Shown here piece by piece: positions 27,368-35,739 of a stretch of DNA of 56,477 nucleotides (position 1 is the stretch's first letter; the number at the start of each line of letters is the position of its first letter). Below the pieces are notes generated by a model that saw only the letters and a program-made list of their open reading frames with translations, had not been told where the DNA came from and did no database searches. Both the position numbers and the translations under genes were made by a program. The DNA is taken from NCBI GenBank assembly GCA_035480535.1, contig DATIHQ010000121.1:1-56477 (forward strand), read 5' to 3'. The stretch is from Chlamydiales bacterium. Lineage in GTDB: Bacteria; Chlamydiota; Chlamydiia; Chlamydiales; SM23-39.

Positions 27368-29217
27368 TCTTTTTGTTTTCTGATGGAGAAATAGCCGAGT
27401 CCAAGTGCGAGGAGAAGATAGGTCCCGAAGCTGAACCACTGGGACAATTTGCCCGGTGCATCGGCAGGAATCGCGCCCGCAAGGGTGAGGAATGCAATGG
27501 CAATGCCTACACATGCGTCGCCCCCGATAAATCCAGAAGCGAGAAGAACGCCTCGCTCTTGGGCGAGTTCCTGATCCGTATGGCGATTGACATAAGCTCT
27601 CACAAGACCGCCCACCATACTAGCAGCGCTAAGAGATAGTGGCAAATAAACACCTAAAGCAAAGGGTAAAACAGGGATTCCCAAAATCGCCATGATGATC
27701 CCTATCATCACCCCAACCCCGACTAAGGCATAGGGAAGATTGCCGCTAATGACCCCGTTGACCACCATCGACATCAAGGTCGCCTGCGGCGCTGGCATCG
27801 CCTTAGAGCCAATCCCATAGGCTTGATTGAGTAAATAAACAGTATACCCCAGTGCCAAGGCGGGGATAAGGATCCCAATGATCTCAGCAATTTGCTGCGA
27901 GCGGGGGGTTGCCCCCAGGATATAGCCTGTTTTCAGATCTTGGGCCGTTGTGCCGGCTAGGCAAATCGCGCAGCAAGCAACACATCCCATCGACATAGCG
28001 GAAATCAAGTAAATTCTTTCCGTCCAGTTCAATAGAACAAAGACCAAACAAGTCACTAAAAGCACCGTGATCGTCATTCCTGAAGTAGGGTTTGAAGAGG
28101 AGCCGACTAATCCGACAGTCAATGAGGTGACGGCGACAAAGAAAAAGCTCAAAATGACCAACAACACGATCGTCAACAGATTCATTGGAAGGGTAGGGAA
28201 GAGCCATAAGAAAAGGACGATTGCTAACGACCCAAGAAGGAGCCACGCCAGGGAGATATCTCTTTCTGTTCGAGGCAAATGAGCTCTTGCCGCAAATCCG
28301 CCAAACAACTCTTTAAAACTCATGTGGATTGTTCGATATAAGAGGGGGATAATCTTAAACAAACTTAAGATCCCTCCCACCGCCAAAGTTCCTGCACCAA
28401 TGTATCTCACATAATGATTCCAAATATCATCTGCAGACATCGCTCCTACGGGAGTCGTCGATGGATAAACCGCTTCGCTTCCCAATCCAAAGGTAGAAAT
28501 TAACGGAATAATCACCCACCAAGCGAGAAGGCTGCCGGAAAACATCAATGCGGTGATCTTTGGACCGATGATATACCCAACGCCTAAAAGAGCTGGCGTC
28601 GCATCGAGGCTGAACTCTGTTTTTTTAAAGAACCCAAACGTCCAATTGACTGTTTCTGACCAAAGATAAATGCCGTTGGAGCAAATCTTGTAAACCCCTG
28701 CCGCCAAAAAACCCCAGGAAGCCATAATGGCCGATTTTCGGCTCTTCTGCCCAGATTTTAAGATTTCGGCGCAGGCGGTTCCTTCAGGAAAGGGCAATTT
28801 TTTATGTTCTTCGACAATGATATAGCGCCGCATGGGGATCATCAGCAAAATCCCCAGAAGACCTCCCATGCAGGAAAGGATGAAAATTCGCCCGATTGAA
28901 GGAGTCTCTCCCAACAGAATCAGAGCGGGGATTGTAAAAATGACCCCAGCTGCCAATCCTTCCCCCACCGTCGCAATTGTTTGGACGATGTTATTTTCAA
29001 GAATGGTCACATCCCGGAACATCACTCTTAAAATGGCCATCGACATAATCGCTGCAGGAATAGAGGCGGAAATAGTGGTTCCAATCTTTAAAGCCAGGTA
29101 TGCATTTGCTACAGCGAAGAAAAACCCGAAGATCATTCCAAGGATTATCGCCCGCGGCGTAAATTCCCGCATCACGGTGCCTGCCGAAACATGGGGATGG
29201 AAGGTTTCATGGGTCAT
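27364..29217 (-). CDS. OPT-family oligopeptide / metal-chelate transporter
   Basis: REFTPRAIILG, YLALKIG.TISASIPAA, ENNIVQT, LPFPEGTACAE, QDLKTG, PAPQATLM, LLASGFIGG. Confidence 0.93.
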   Translation of the reverse strand: MTHETFHPHVSAGTVMREFTPRAIILGMIFGFFFAVANAYLALKIGTTISASIPAAIMSMAILRVMFRDVTILENNIVQTIATVGEGLAAGVIFTIPALILLGETPSIGRIFILSCMGGLLGILLMIPMRRYIIVEEHKKLPFPEGTACAEILKSGQKSRKSAIMASWGFLAAGVYKICSNGIYLWSETVNWTFGFFKKTEFSLDATPALLGVGYIIGPKITALMFSGSLLAWWVIIPLISTFGLGSEAVYPSTTPVGAMSADDIWNHYVRYIGAGTLAVGGILSLFKIIPLLYRTIHMSFKELFGGFAARAHLPRTERDISLAWLLLGSLAIVLFLWLFPTLPMNLLTIVLLVILSFFFVAVTSLTVGLVGSSSNPTSGMTITVLLVTCLVFVLLNWTERIYLISAMSMGCVACCAICLAGTTAQDLKTGYILGATPRSQQIAEIIGILIPALALGYTVYLLNQAYGIGSKAMPAPQATLMSMVVNGVISGNLPYALVGVGVMIGIIMAILGIPVLPFALGVYLPLSLSAASMVGGLVRAYVNRHTDQELAQERGVLLASGFIGGDACVGIAIAFLTLAGAIPADAPGKLSQWFSFGTYLLLALGLGYFSIRKQKE

Positions 29218-29273
29218 GCAAATCTCCTGATAATCTCCCTATGCCTTTTCCAGAAATATTAGGGAAGGAGAAT

Positions 29274-29333
29274 CAAATGTAAAGCGCGCTTTACATTGCC
29301 TTTGGGGCCCCCGAAAATCGCCTTATTTTTTGG
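29274..29333. repeat. Palindromic repeat copy 2 (contains histidine kinase stop codon)
   Basis: CAAATGTAAAGCGCGCTTTACATTG-CCTTT-GGGGCCCCCGAAAA-T-CGCCT-TA-TTTTTTGG; matches copy 3 in reverse orientation. Confidence 0.88.
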
Positions 29334-30798
29334 CATTTTGAGGTAGGGCAATAGTGAAGGCACTTCCCTTATTTAATTGGGAGACAACGGCAATGCTGCC
29401 CTTATGTTTCTCAACGATGGTTTTTACAATCGAAAGGCCAAGGCCAGCCCCGCCCGATTTTCGGGAGCGCGCCCTATCCACTGTATAAAACCGATCGAAA
29501 ATACGGAGGAGATCCGACTCAGAAATTCCAATTCCTCGATCGGAAATATTGAAAAGAATTTGATCCCCTGACCTGCGGATGGATAGTTCGATATGGGCAG
29601 GATGATGAGAATACTTCACCCCATTTTCTAAAAGATTCATAATCGCCAGATCGATGAGATCTGCGTCTGCAATGATAGGAGCTCGATGGAGCTCGCAGTT
29701 TAAAGAAATCTCCACTTCAGGATGCGCCGTAAGAAGAAGGTGTTTGCAATTCTCTACAATGGGAATCAGATCGACCGCGCGAAAATTCTGCTCTGAAAGA
29801 TTTTCGATATCAGACAATGTGAGAAGGCTTTTGACTAATTTTTCTAATCTTCCGCACGTTTTTACAATTTTTTCTGTGATGTCATGCATCATTTCAGGAG
29901 TCATGTCAGGCAAATCTTGCAAGGTCTCCGCAAAACCTCGAATGATCGTAATAGGGGTTCTGAGTTCATGAGACGCATTGGCAATGAAATCCTTTCCCAT
30001 CTCCAATACTTTATAATCGGAGGTTTTATCCTGAAGGACAAGAATCGCGCCGCTTTGATGAGCCAGAGGGGCTGAAATGAGATCTAAATAAACCCGTTCC
30101 CCTAATGTCCATGTTTGAATGATCGACTCAGAAGTCTGCAGGGCTTGCAGAACAATTTCATGACATTTTTTCGAAAGATCAGAATCGCGCATTTTAATTT
30201 GATCGAGGGGTACATTCATCACCACATCATGAGCTACGCCCAGCATTTGGCAGGCAATTTGATTGACATAGGTCACCTTCGCGCTCGTATCTAACGCGAT
30301 AATCCCTTCTCCTAGTGAATCGAGAATTTCCTCACTTTCTTTTCTTTGCCTTTTGAGATTTTCGATTTGCTTCTTGATTCGATCGGTCAAAGAATTTAGG
30401 GTCAATCCCAATTTGCTGAATTCATCCCCGCTAGCTCCTTCTTTTAAATCAACTCGCGGCAGTTGTCCTTCTTCGTAGGGAAGAATCGCATCGAAGATCT
30501 GTTGGATGGGCTGGGTCAATCGATGGATAACCAACCAGGTCATCAATGAATACAACAACAAAATTGCCGTCCCTAGAAAAAGAAATCCCATCTCAAAATC
30601 AAGGGTTAATTCTTTTTGGAGAATTTTGATGAGATCTGAACCATCAGGAATCTTTTCTAAAAGCTCCTTTGTCCGATTTTCAAGTGAGCTATGTATGATG
30701 TTCGCCACAGTCCTTTCAACAAAAGGAAAGAGCACGGCGAGAAATACAAGGAAAAGAACGATATCGCTAAGGAGGATCTTTTTTCTAAAGCTGAGCAT
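29323..30798 (-). CDS. Sensor histidine kinase, PhoR-like (2 TM, HAMP, PAS, HisKA, HATPase)
   Basis: FIANASHELRTPITIIRGFAETL, NLLENGVKY, DRGIGI, IFDRFYTVD, GAGLGLSIV; start trimmed to MLSFRKK, overlapping the pepP stop by 14 nt. Confidence 0.92.
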   Translation of the reverse strand: MLSFRKKILLSDIVLFLVFLAVLFPFVERTVANIIHSSLENRTKELLEKIPDGSDLIKILQKELTLDFEMGFLFLGTAILLLYSLMTWLVIHRLTQPIQQIFDAILPYEEGQLPRVDLKEGASGDEFSKLGLTLNSLTDRIKKQIENLKRQRKESEEILDSLGEGIIALDTSAKVTYVNQIACQMLGVAHDVVMNVPLDQIKMRDSDLSKKCHEIVLQALQTSESIIQTWTLGERVYLDLISAPLAHQSGAILVLQDKTSDYKVLEMGKDFIANASHELRTPITIIRGFAETLQDLPDMTPEMMHDITEKIVKTCGRLEKLVKSLLTLSDIENLSEQNFRAVDLIPIVENCKHLLLTAHPEVEISLNCELHRAPIIADADLIDLAIMNLLENGVKYSHHPAHIELSIRRSGDQILFNISDRGIGISESDLLRIFDRFYTVDRARSRKSGGAGLGLSIVKTIVEKHKGSIAVVSQLNKGSAFTIALPQNAKK

Positions 30799-31831
30799 AA
30801 GTGGGAGACAGAATGTCACGATCAAAGAAATTTTCGCAACCATTCTTTGTTACAAGGATCATATCTTCAAGTCTTACCCCCCCTAATCCCGGTTGATATA
30901 GCCCTGGTTCAATCGTAAATACCATTCCAGGCTCTAAAATAAGATCTTGATCTTCCCCATTCTTTCTGAGCAGTGGATATTCATGCGTTTCTAACCCAAT
31001 CCCATGACCCAAACTATGAATAAAAAGAGACTCAAGGCCCATTTTTTCAAATTCTTTCCTGACAACCCGATCCAATTCACCCAAAACAACACCCGGCCTG
31101 ATAGAGTCAATCGCCGCATCATGCGCCCGTTTCACACATTCTTCAAAAAGCTCCAATTTCGCATCTTTTTCTCCAAAAAAATAGGTACGGGTCATATCGC
31201 CTCGATAGCGATTTACAATCGCTCCTACATCGACCAAAATAACCTGCCCTTTTTCCAACCTCGCTTGCCCTGCCCGATAATGAGGAAATGCGCTGTTTTT
31301 CCCGAAAGCGATGATCGGATCAAATGACAGACCAGAAGCTCCATTTTTTCGACAATACATCTCAAATTCAAGGGCCAATTCTATTTCGCTTACTCCTTCT
31401 CGAAGCAAAGAGAGTATTTTTTGATACCCCTTCCAGGTAAGCTGCGCCGCCCTTCGCAATTCTTCGATCTCTTTTGCCTCTTTGATCATCCTAATTTTTT
31501 TTAGCGGCCTTGAAATGGGAATCCACTCTTTATCCAGCTTCTGCAAATTCAAAAACCCTTCATAGGTCACAAATGCGCTGTCAAAACCGGCCCGTTTTCC
31601 TTTTTCCTTTGTAAACTCATCGAATAAGAAAACAGGACAAGGCGCCTCTTTTTTCGCCTCTTCATAATAACGCCCATCGACAAATAATTTGCCTCCTTCA
31701 GGTGTCGCCCAAAATCGCCCTCTCGAAACAGAAAGGCCCGTCAAATACAAAAGATCTGCCGGGTTTTCCAATAAACAGCCATCGACGCCTTTCAGCGAAC
31801 CGATGAACTTTTGAATCCGTCTTTCATCCAT
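30785..31831 (-). CDS. pepP: Xaa-Pro aminopeptidase (M24)
   Basis: VDGRY, DVGA...YRGDMTRT, HSLGHGIGLETHE, TIEPGLY, GVRLED. Confidence 0.92.
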   Translation of the reverse strand: MDERRIQKFIGSLKGVDGCLLENPADLLYLTGLSVSRGRFWATPEGGKLFVDGRYYEEAKKEAPCPVFLFDEFTKEKGKRAGFDSAFVTYEGFLNLQKLDKEWIPISRPLKKIRMIKEAKEIEELRRAAQLTWKGYQKILSLLREGVSEIELALEFEMYCRKNGASGLSFDPIIAFGKNSAFPHYRAGQARLEKGQVILVDVGAIVNRYRGDMTRTYFFGEKDAKLELFEECVKRAHDAAIDSIRPGVVLGELDRVVRKEFEKMGLESLFIHSLGHGIGLETHEYPLLRKNGEDQDLILEPGMVFTIEPGLYQPGLGGVRLEDMILVTKNGCENFFDRDILSPTYAQL

Positions 31832-33384
31832 CGCTCTAAATCGCCCTCTTTAATTTCAACTGCAATGGGGTTGCCCATCGGATCGTACGATCGATCTTTA
31901 CATCCCTGCAACTTCCGCCAAATCGCTGCTGCTTCATCCAACGAATAATTCTTTTTCACTGAACGGTAAAACCGCGCTGCCGCTGGCGCCAGTTTCTTTT
32001 CTTCTTTCCAGCTCGCAAAAAATTGAGGAAAATGGGCTGCCTCCAAAAAAGAGGGCAAAGCATCGATGACCAGCTTTTTCCCCCCGAGAAATCGACTCTC
32101 AATTCCCAGTTCGCGCAACTCTTCTACAATCGCCTCTTCTTTCCATTCAATTTCCAAGGGCCAGATCAATGCCTGCGGCTCTCCCTGTTCCCGACTCATC
32201 GACTCAAAAAGAATTCTCGCCTGCGCGGCGCGCAAATCGACAAGCCAAAAGCCTTCTTTCTCCACAATCAAGAAATTTCCTAAAACAACCAGCGGCCTCT
32301 CGGGAAAGGAAAATTCCAATTCTCGAGGTTCCTCTTTCGTAAAACGGGGCGTTTCTTCCGCAAAAGAGAAATCCATACGGGGAGGGATGAATGAAATCGA
32401 CTCAGAAAATAAAGGTCCTTCTCCAAATACAGCGGAGATCGTTTCCCGAACGATGGCAAAAACTTTTCCCTCTTCTCGAAAGCGGCATTCTTTCTTCTGC
32501 GGATGGACATTGACATCGATCTCTGCTGGTGGCAGTTCAAGAAAAAGGACATAAGCTGGATGCACGCTCTCCCCAATTCTCGTCCCGAATCCCTCTTTTA
32601 CAGCCCGTGAAATCAACGGAGAAAAAAGGGGACGGCCATTGATGAAGAGATGTTGTCCGCTCCGATTGGCTAAAGCTCGGCTCGGCGCCCCTAAAAAGCC
32701 CCATGTCTTTACTCCCTCTTTCGCAAATTCTACTTCATGGTCTTGCTTTCCTAAAATCTCCTCCACCCGCTCTTTCGCGCTTTGCCCCTTTACCTCAATG
32801 ACTTTTCTCCCCTGCGAAATCAAGATAAATCCCACATTTGGATTGGCCAGAGCCAGAGCCTCCATCACCCGCGTCACTTGCGCGCTGCAAGCCGAAACGG
32901 ATTTCTGAAACTTCTTTCGCGCGGGCACATTATAAAAAAGGGAACGCACTTCGACCGTCGTCCCTCGATTCCTAGCGCAAGGCTCCACAGCCGATACCCG
33001 TCCTCCCTCCGCCATGACCCGCGTCGCCTCATTGCCATTTCCCGTCTTCAATTGAAAATGGGATACCGATGCAATGGCCGCCAGCGCCTCTCCTCGAAAT
33101 CCCATCGTCGCTAGCGCCTGCAAATCTTCCACGCACACTATTTTCGACGTCGCATGCCTCTCGAGGCAAAGAAGCGCATCTTCCCGCCCCATCCCGCAGC
33201 CATCGTCTTCCACATAAATTCCCTGCAACCCACCCCCGTTCACCTCAACGACGATCCGCGTTGCCCCCGCATCTAGGCTATTTTCGACCAATTCCTTTAC
33301 AATAGACGCAGGATTTTCAACGACTTCCCCCGCGGCAATTTGATTGATGAGCGCCTCTGGCAGCCTCTGAATTCTCTTTTCCAT
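31792..33384 (-). CDS. mutL: DNA mismatch repair protein MutL
   Basis: NQIAAGEVVENP, KELVENSLDAGA, DDGCGM, RHATSK, MGFRGEALA, DVNVHPQK; start trimmed to MEKRIQ. Confidence 0.95.
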   Translation of the reverse strand: MEKRIQRLPEALINQIAAGEVVENPASIVKELVENSLDAGATRIVVEVNGGGLQGIYVEDDGCGMGREDALLCLERHATSKIVCVEDLQALATMGFRGEALAAIASVSHFQLKTGNGNEATRVMAEGGRVSAVEPCARNRGTTVEVRSLFYNVPARKKFQKSVSACSAQVTRVMEALALANPNVGFILISQGRKVIEVKGQSAKERVEEILGKQDHEVEFAKEGVKTWGFLGAPSRALANRSGQHLFINGRPLFSPLISRAVKEGFGTRIGESVHPAYVLFLELPPAEIDVNVHPQKKECRFREEGKVFAIVRETISAVFGEGPLFSESISFIPPRMDFSFAEETPRFTKEEPRELEFSFPERPLVVLGNFLIVEKEGFWLVDLRAAQARILFESMSREQGEPQALIWPLEIEWKEEAIVEELRELGIESRFLGGKKLVIDALPSFLEAAHFPQFFASWKEEKKLAPAAARFYRSVKKNYSLDEAAAIWRKLQGCKDRSYDPMGNPIAVEIKEGDLERWMKDGFKSSSVR

Positions 33385-33430
33385 GGCTAAACGTATATCA
33401 GAAATATCCTGCTCAAGTATACTGCCTTCC

Positions 33431-34225
33431 ATGAAATGGCTTTTCTTTCTCCTGCCTCTTTCTCTTTTTTCAGCCTATATTGGCAATCCCGCCAATCCGG
33501 CGATTATGAACACTGGCTTCTTCTCCTCTTCCTATCCGTTCTTTAAATTCACAACTGGCTACATTGCCGATTACATCTCAGACAAGCGCTACGTGGCGCC
33601 CCAGAAAGATCCCGATATCGATCCCAACAATGCCTTCCGCCATTTTGGCCTTCACTCGCAACTCGCCAGCGTTTCAATGATCATTGTCGAGCGGCTCGAA
33701 CTCTTCGGCTATGTCGGCGGCTCCAAGGAACATGTACAATACAGGAAAAAAGCCTCCCTTTCCGACCTTGAGGAGATTTTCTCCCACTTCCAAAGCACCT
33801 ATCAATTTTCCTGGAGCACCGGCGGTAGAGCCATCCTCCTCCAATGGGGACAAACCTACTTCACCACCGACTTTACCTACTTCGCCGTTCCCTCTTCCCC
33901 CAAGGCCTTCTTTAAATTTCTCAATCGTCTCAATCTTCCCATGGACCTCACTAAACAGAAAACGTCTCTCCGCGAATGGCAAGTCAGCGCCGCTCTCGCC
34001 TCCCGCTTCCTTTTTTTCACCCCCTATTTTGGCGGCACCTATCTCCATTCGCGCCTCCACCTCTCAAGTGGCCCCGACATTCCCTCCATCACCTACCGCA
34101 ATGAAAAAAAATGGGGCTATTTCTTTGGCTTTACGGTCTCTCTCACAGGCCGCTTCCATCTTAACTTCGAGAGGCGCATGCGCGATGAATTTGCCTATGC
34201 CTTCTCAACCATCGCGGTGTTCTAA
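33431..34225 (+). CDS. Chlamydial MOMP/OmpA-family outer-membrane porin-like protein
   Basis: Signal peptide followed by YIGNPANPA (cf. MOMP PVGNPAEP), EWQV..AL, PYFG, aromatic beta-strands, C-terminal Phe. Confidence 0.8.
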   Translation: MKWLFFLLPLSLFSAYIGNPANPAIMNTGFFSSSYPFFKFTTGYIADYISDKRYVAPQKDPDIDPNNAFRHFGLHSQLASVSMIIVERLELFGYVGGSKEHVQYRKKASLSDLEEIFSHFQSTYQFSWSTGGRAILLQWGQTYFTTDFTYFAVPSSPKAFFKFLNRLNLPMDLTKQKTSLREWQVSAALASRFLFFTPYFGGTYLHSRLHLSSGPDIPSITYRNEKKWGYFFGFTVSLTGRFHLNFERRMRDEFAYAFSTIAVF

Positions 34226-35163
34226 TGAAACACTATTTTCTTCTCTTCATTGTCCTCTTCTCCCAAATCGGCACAGCATCTCCCAAAACCTTTCTGGTTT
34301 TTGGCGGAAAAACAGGCTGGATTGGCCAACAATTAGTTGCGCTCTTGAAAGAGCAAAATCAAATCGTCTTTTGTGCAGAATCGCGGCTCGAAAATAGGGA
34401 AGAAATCGAAAGGGAAATCAACGCCACCCATCCCGATTTTATTCTCAATGCAGCTGGCGTTACGGGAAGACCCAATGTGGATTGGTGCGAAGATCATCGA
34501 CAAGAAACTCTGCGATCCAACATCACTGGAGTCCTCAACTTAGCCGACATCGCCTACCTCCACCACATTCACCTCACAAATCTCGGCACCGGCTGCATTT
34601 ATCAATATGATTCAGCCCACCCGCTCGGCTCTCACATTGGCTTTACAGAAGAAGAGGAGCCAAACTTTGCAGGGTCATTTTACTCCAAGACAAAAGTGAT
34701 GCTAGATAAGCTGCTCACAAACTATCCGAATGTATTAAACCTACGCCTCCGAATGCCGATTTCAAGCGATCTCCATCCCCGAAGTTTTATCTACAAAATC
34801 ACCCGCTATAAAAAAGTTGTCAACATTCCCAATTCCATGACCATCCTCGATGATCTCCTCCCCGTTTGCATTGAAATGGCCCTCAGAAACCTCACAGGAA
34901 ACTACAACTTCACCAATCCAGGCGTCATTTCCCACAACGAGATCTTAGCGCTCTACCAACACTACATCGACCCCACCTTCACCTGGGAAAATTTCACCCT
35001 GGAAGAGCAAAACGCCATCCTAAAAGCCCAGCGTTCCAACAACGAACTCGACGTAGGAAAGCTCCTCAAGGAATTCCCCCATATCCCCCCAATCCAAGAA
35101 TCGATCCACACCGTATTTCAAAAGATGAGGCAAAGCATTGTAAATAATTCATCTCCGGAATAG
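34225..35163 (+). CDS. Plant-type nucleotide-rhamnose 3,5-epimerase/4-reductase (NRS/ER, UER1-like) with N-terminal signal-like peptide
   Basis: GKTGWIG, NAAGVTGRPNVDWCE, TGCIYQYD..HP.GS.IGF.EE..PNF.GSFYSKTK, LRLRMPISSDL, IPNSMTILDDLLP, NFTNPGVISHNEIL, RSNNELD. Confidence 0.88.
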   Translation: MKHYFLLFIVLFSQIGTASPKTFLVFGGKTGWIGQQLVALLKEQNQIVFCAESRLENREEIEREINATHPDFILNAAGVTGRPNVDWCEDHRQETLRSNITGVLNLADIAYLHHIHLTNLGTGCIYQYDSAHPLGSHIGFTEEEEPNFAGSFYSKTKVMLDKLLTNYPNVLNLRLRMPISSDLHPRSFIYKITRYKKVVNIPNSMTILDDLLPVCIEMALRNLTGNYNFTNPGVISHNEILALYQHYIDPTFTWENFTLEEQNAILKAQRSNNELDVGKLLKEFPHIPPIQESIHTVFQKMRQSIVNNSSPE

Positions 35164-35193
35164 ACTCCTCCCTCATTTTTAATGGAGTTAGCT

Positions 35194-35739
35194 ATGTCAT
35201 CCCCAATATCGAGTATTTATAACTCTCCAGAAGGCCCAAGTTACACTCCTGCATCTGCCGAAACTCAGGACAAGACTGTAATCTATCATGGTCATATGCG
35301 CTTTGAAGAGTTTGAAAGGCGACGAGATACTTTAGATAACTGCGAAATTTTTGATCAACTCACGCATTTGGGTTCATGCATTTACTATTTTAAGAACTGC
35401 AAAGCCGTAAAACAAGATTCCAACCGAATAAAGGTAGCAGCTTGTAAAGATTCCACATTCCAAGAAATTCTGCATCGATATCTCCAGCAAAGACTGATTC
35501 AACCCGCCTCTTCTGCCCCCTCTGGCGGACCTATTTGCCCGCTAACAGTCCCCAAGGGAGGACCTATTTCCTCCAGCTCATCAGCAGAAAGCTCCTCATC
35601 GAATGGAGGACCTATTCTCGGCCCACCAACAATCGAAAAGGGAGGACCTACTTCCTCCAGTTCGTCAGCACAACTTCCATGGTGGAGCCCGAGTAGAGGA
35701 TCTGCCGCCAGTGACCCAATGGGTTACGACGGCTTTTGA
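35194..35739 (+). CDS. Hypothetical Ser/Pro-rich protein with internal duplication (effector-like)
   Basis: GGAG SD 6 nt upstream of ATG 35194; four GGP(I/T) motifs; duplicated DNA segment 35554-35589 / 35638-35673. Confidence 0.7.
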   Translation: MSSPISSIYNSPEGPSYTPASAETQDKTVIYHGHMRFEEFERRRDTLDNCEIFDQLTHLGSCIYYFKNCKAVKQDSNRIKVAACKDSTFQEILHRYLQQRLIQPASSAPSGGPICPLTVPKGGPISSSSSAESSSSNGGPILGPPTIEKGGPTSSSSSAQLPWWSPSRGSAASDPMGYDGF

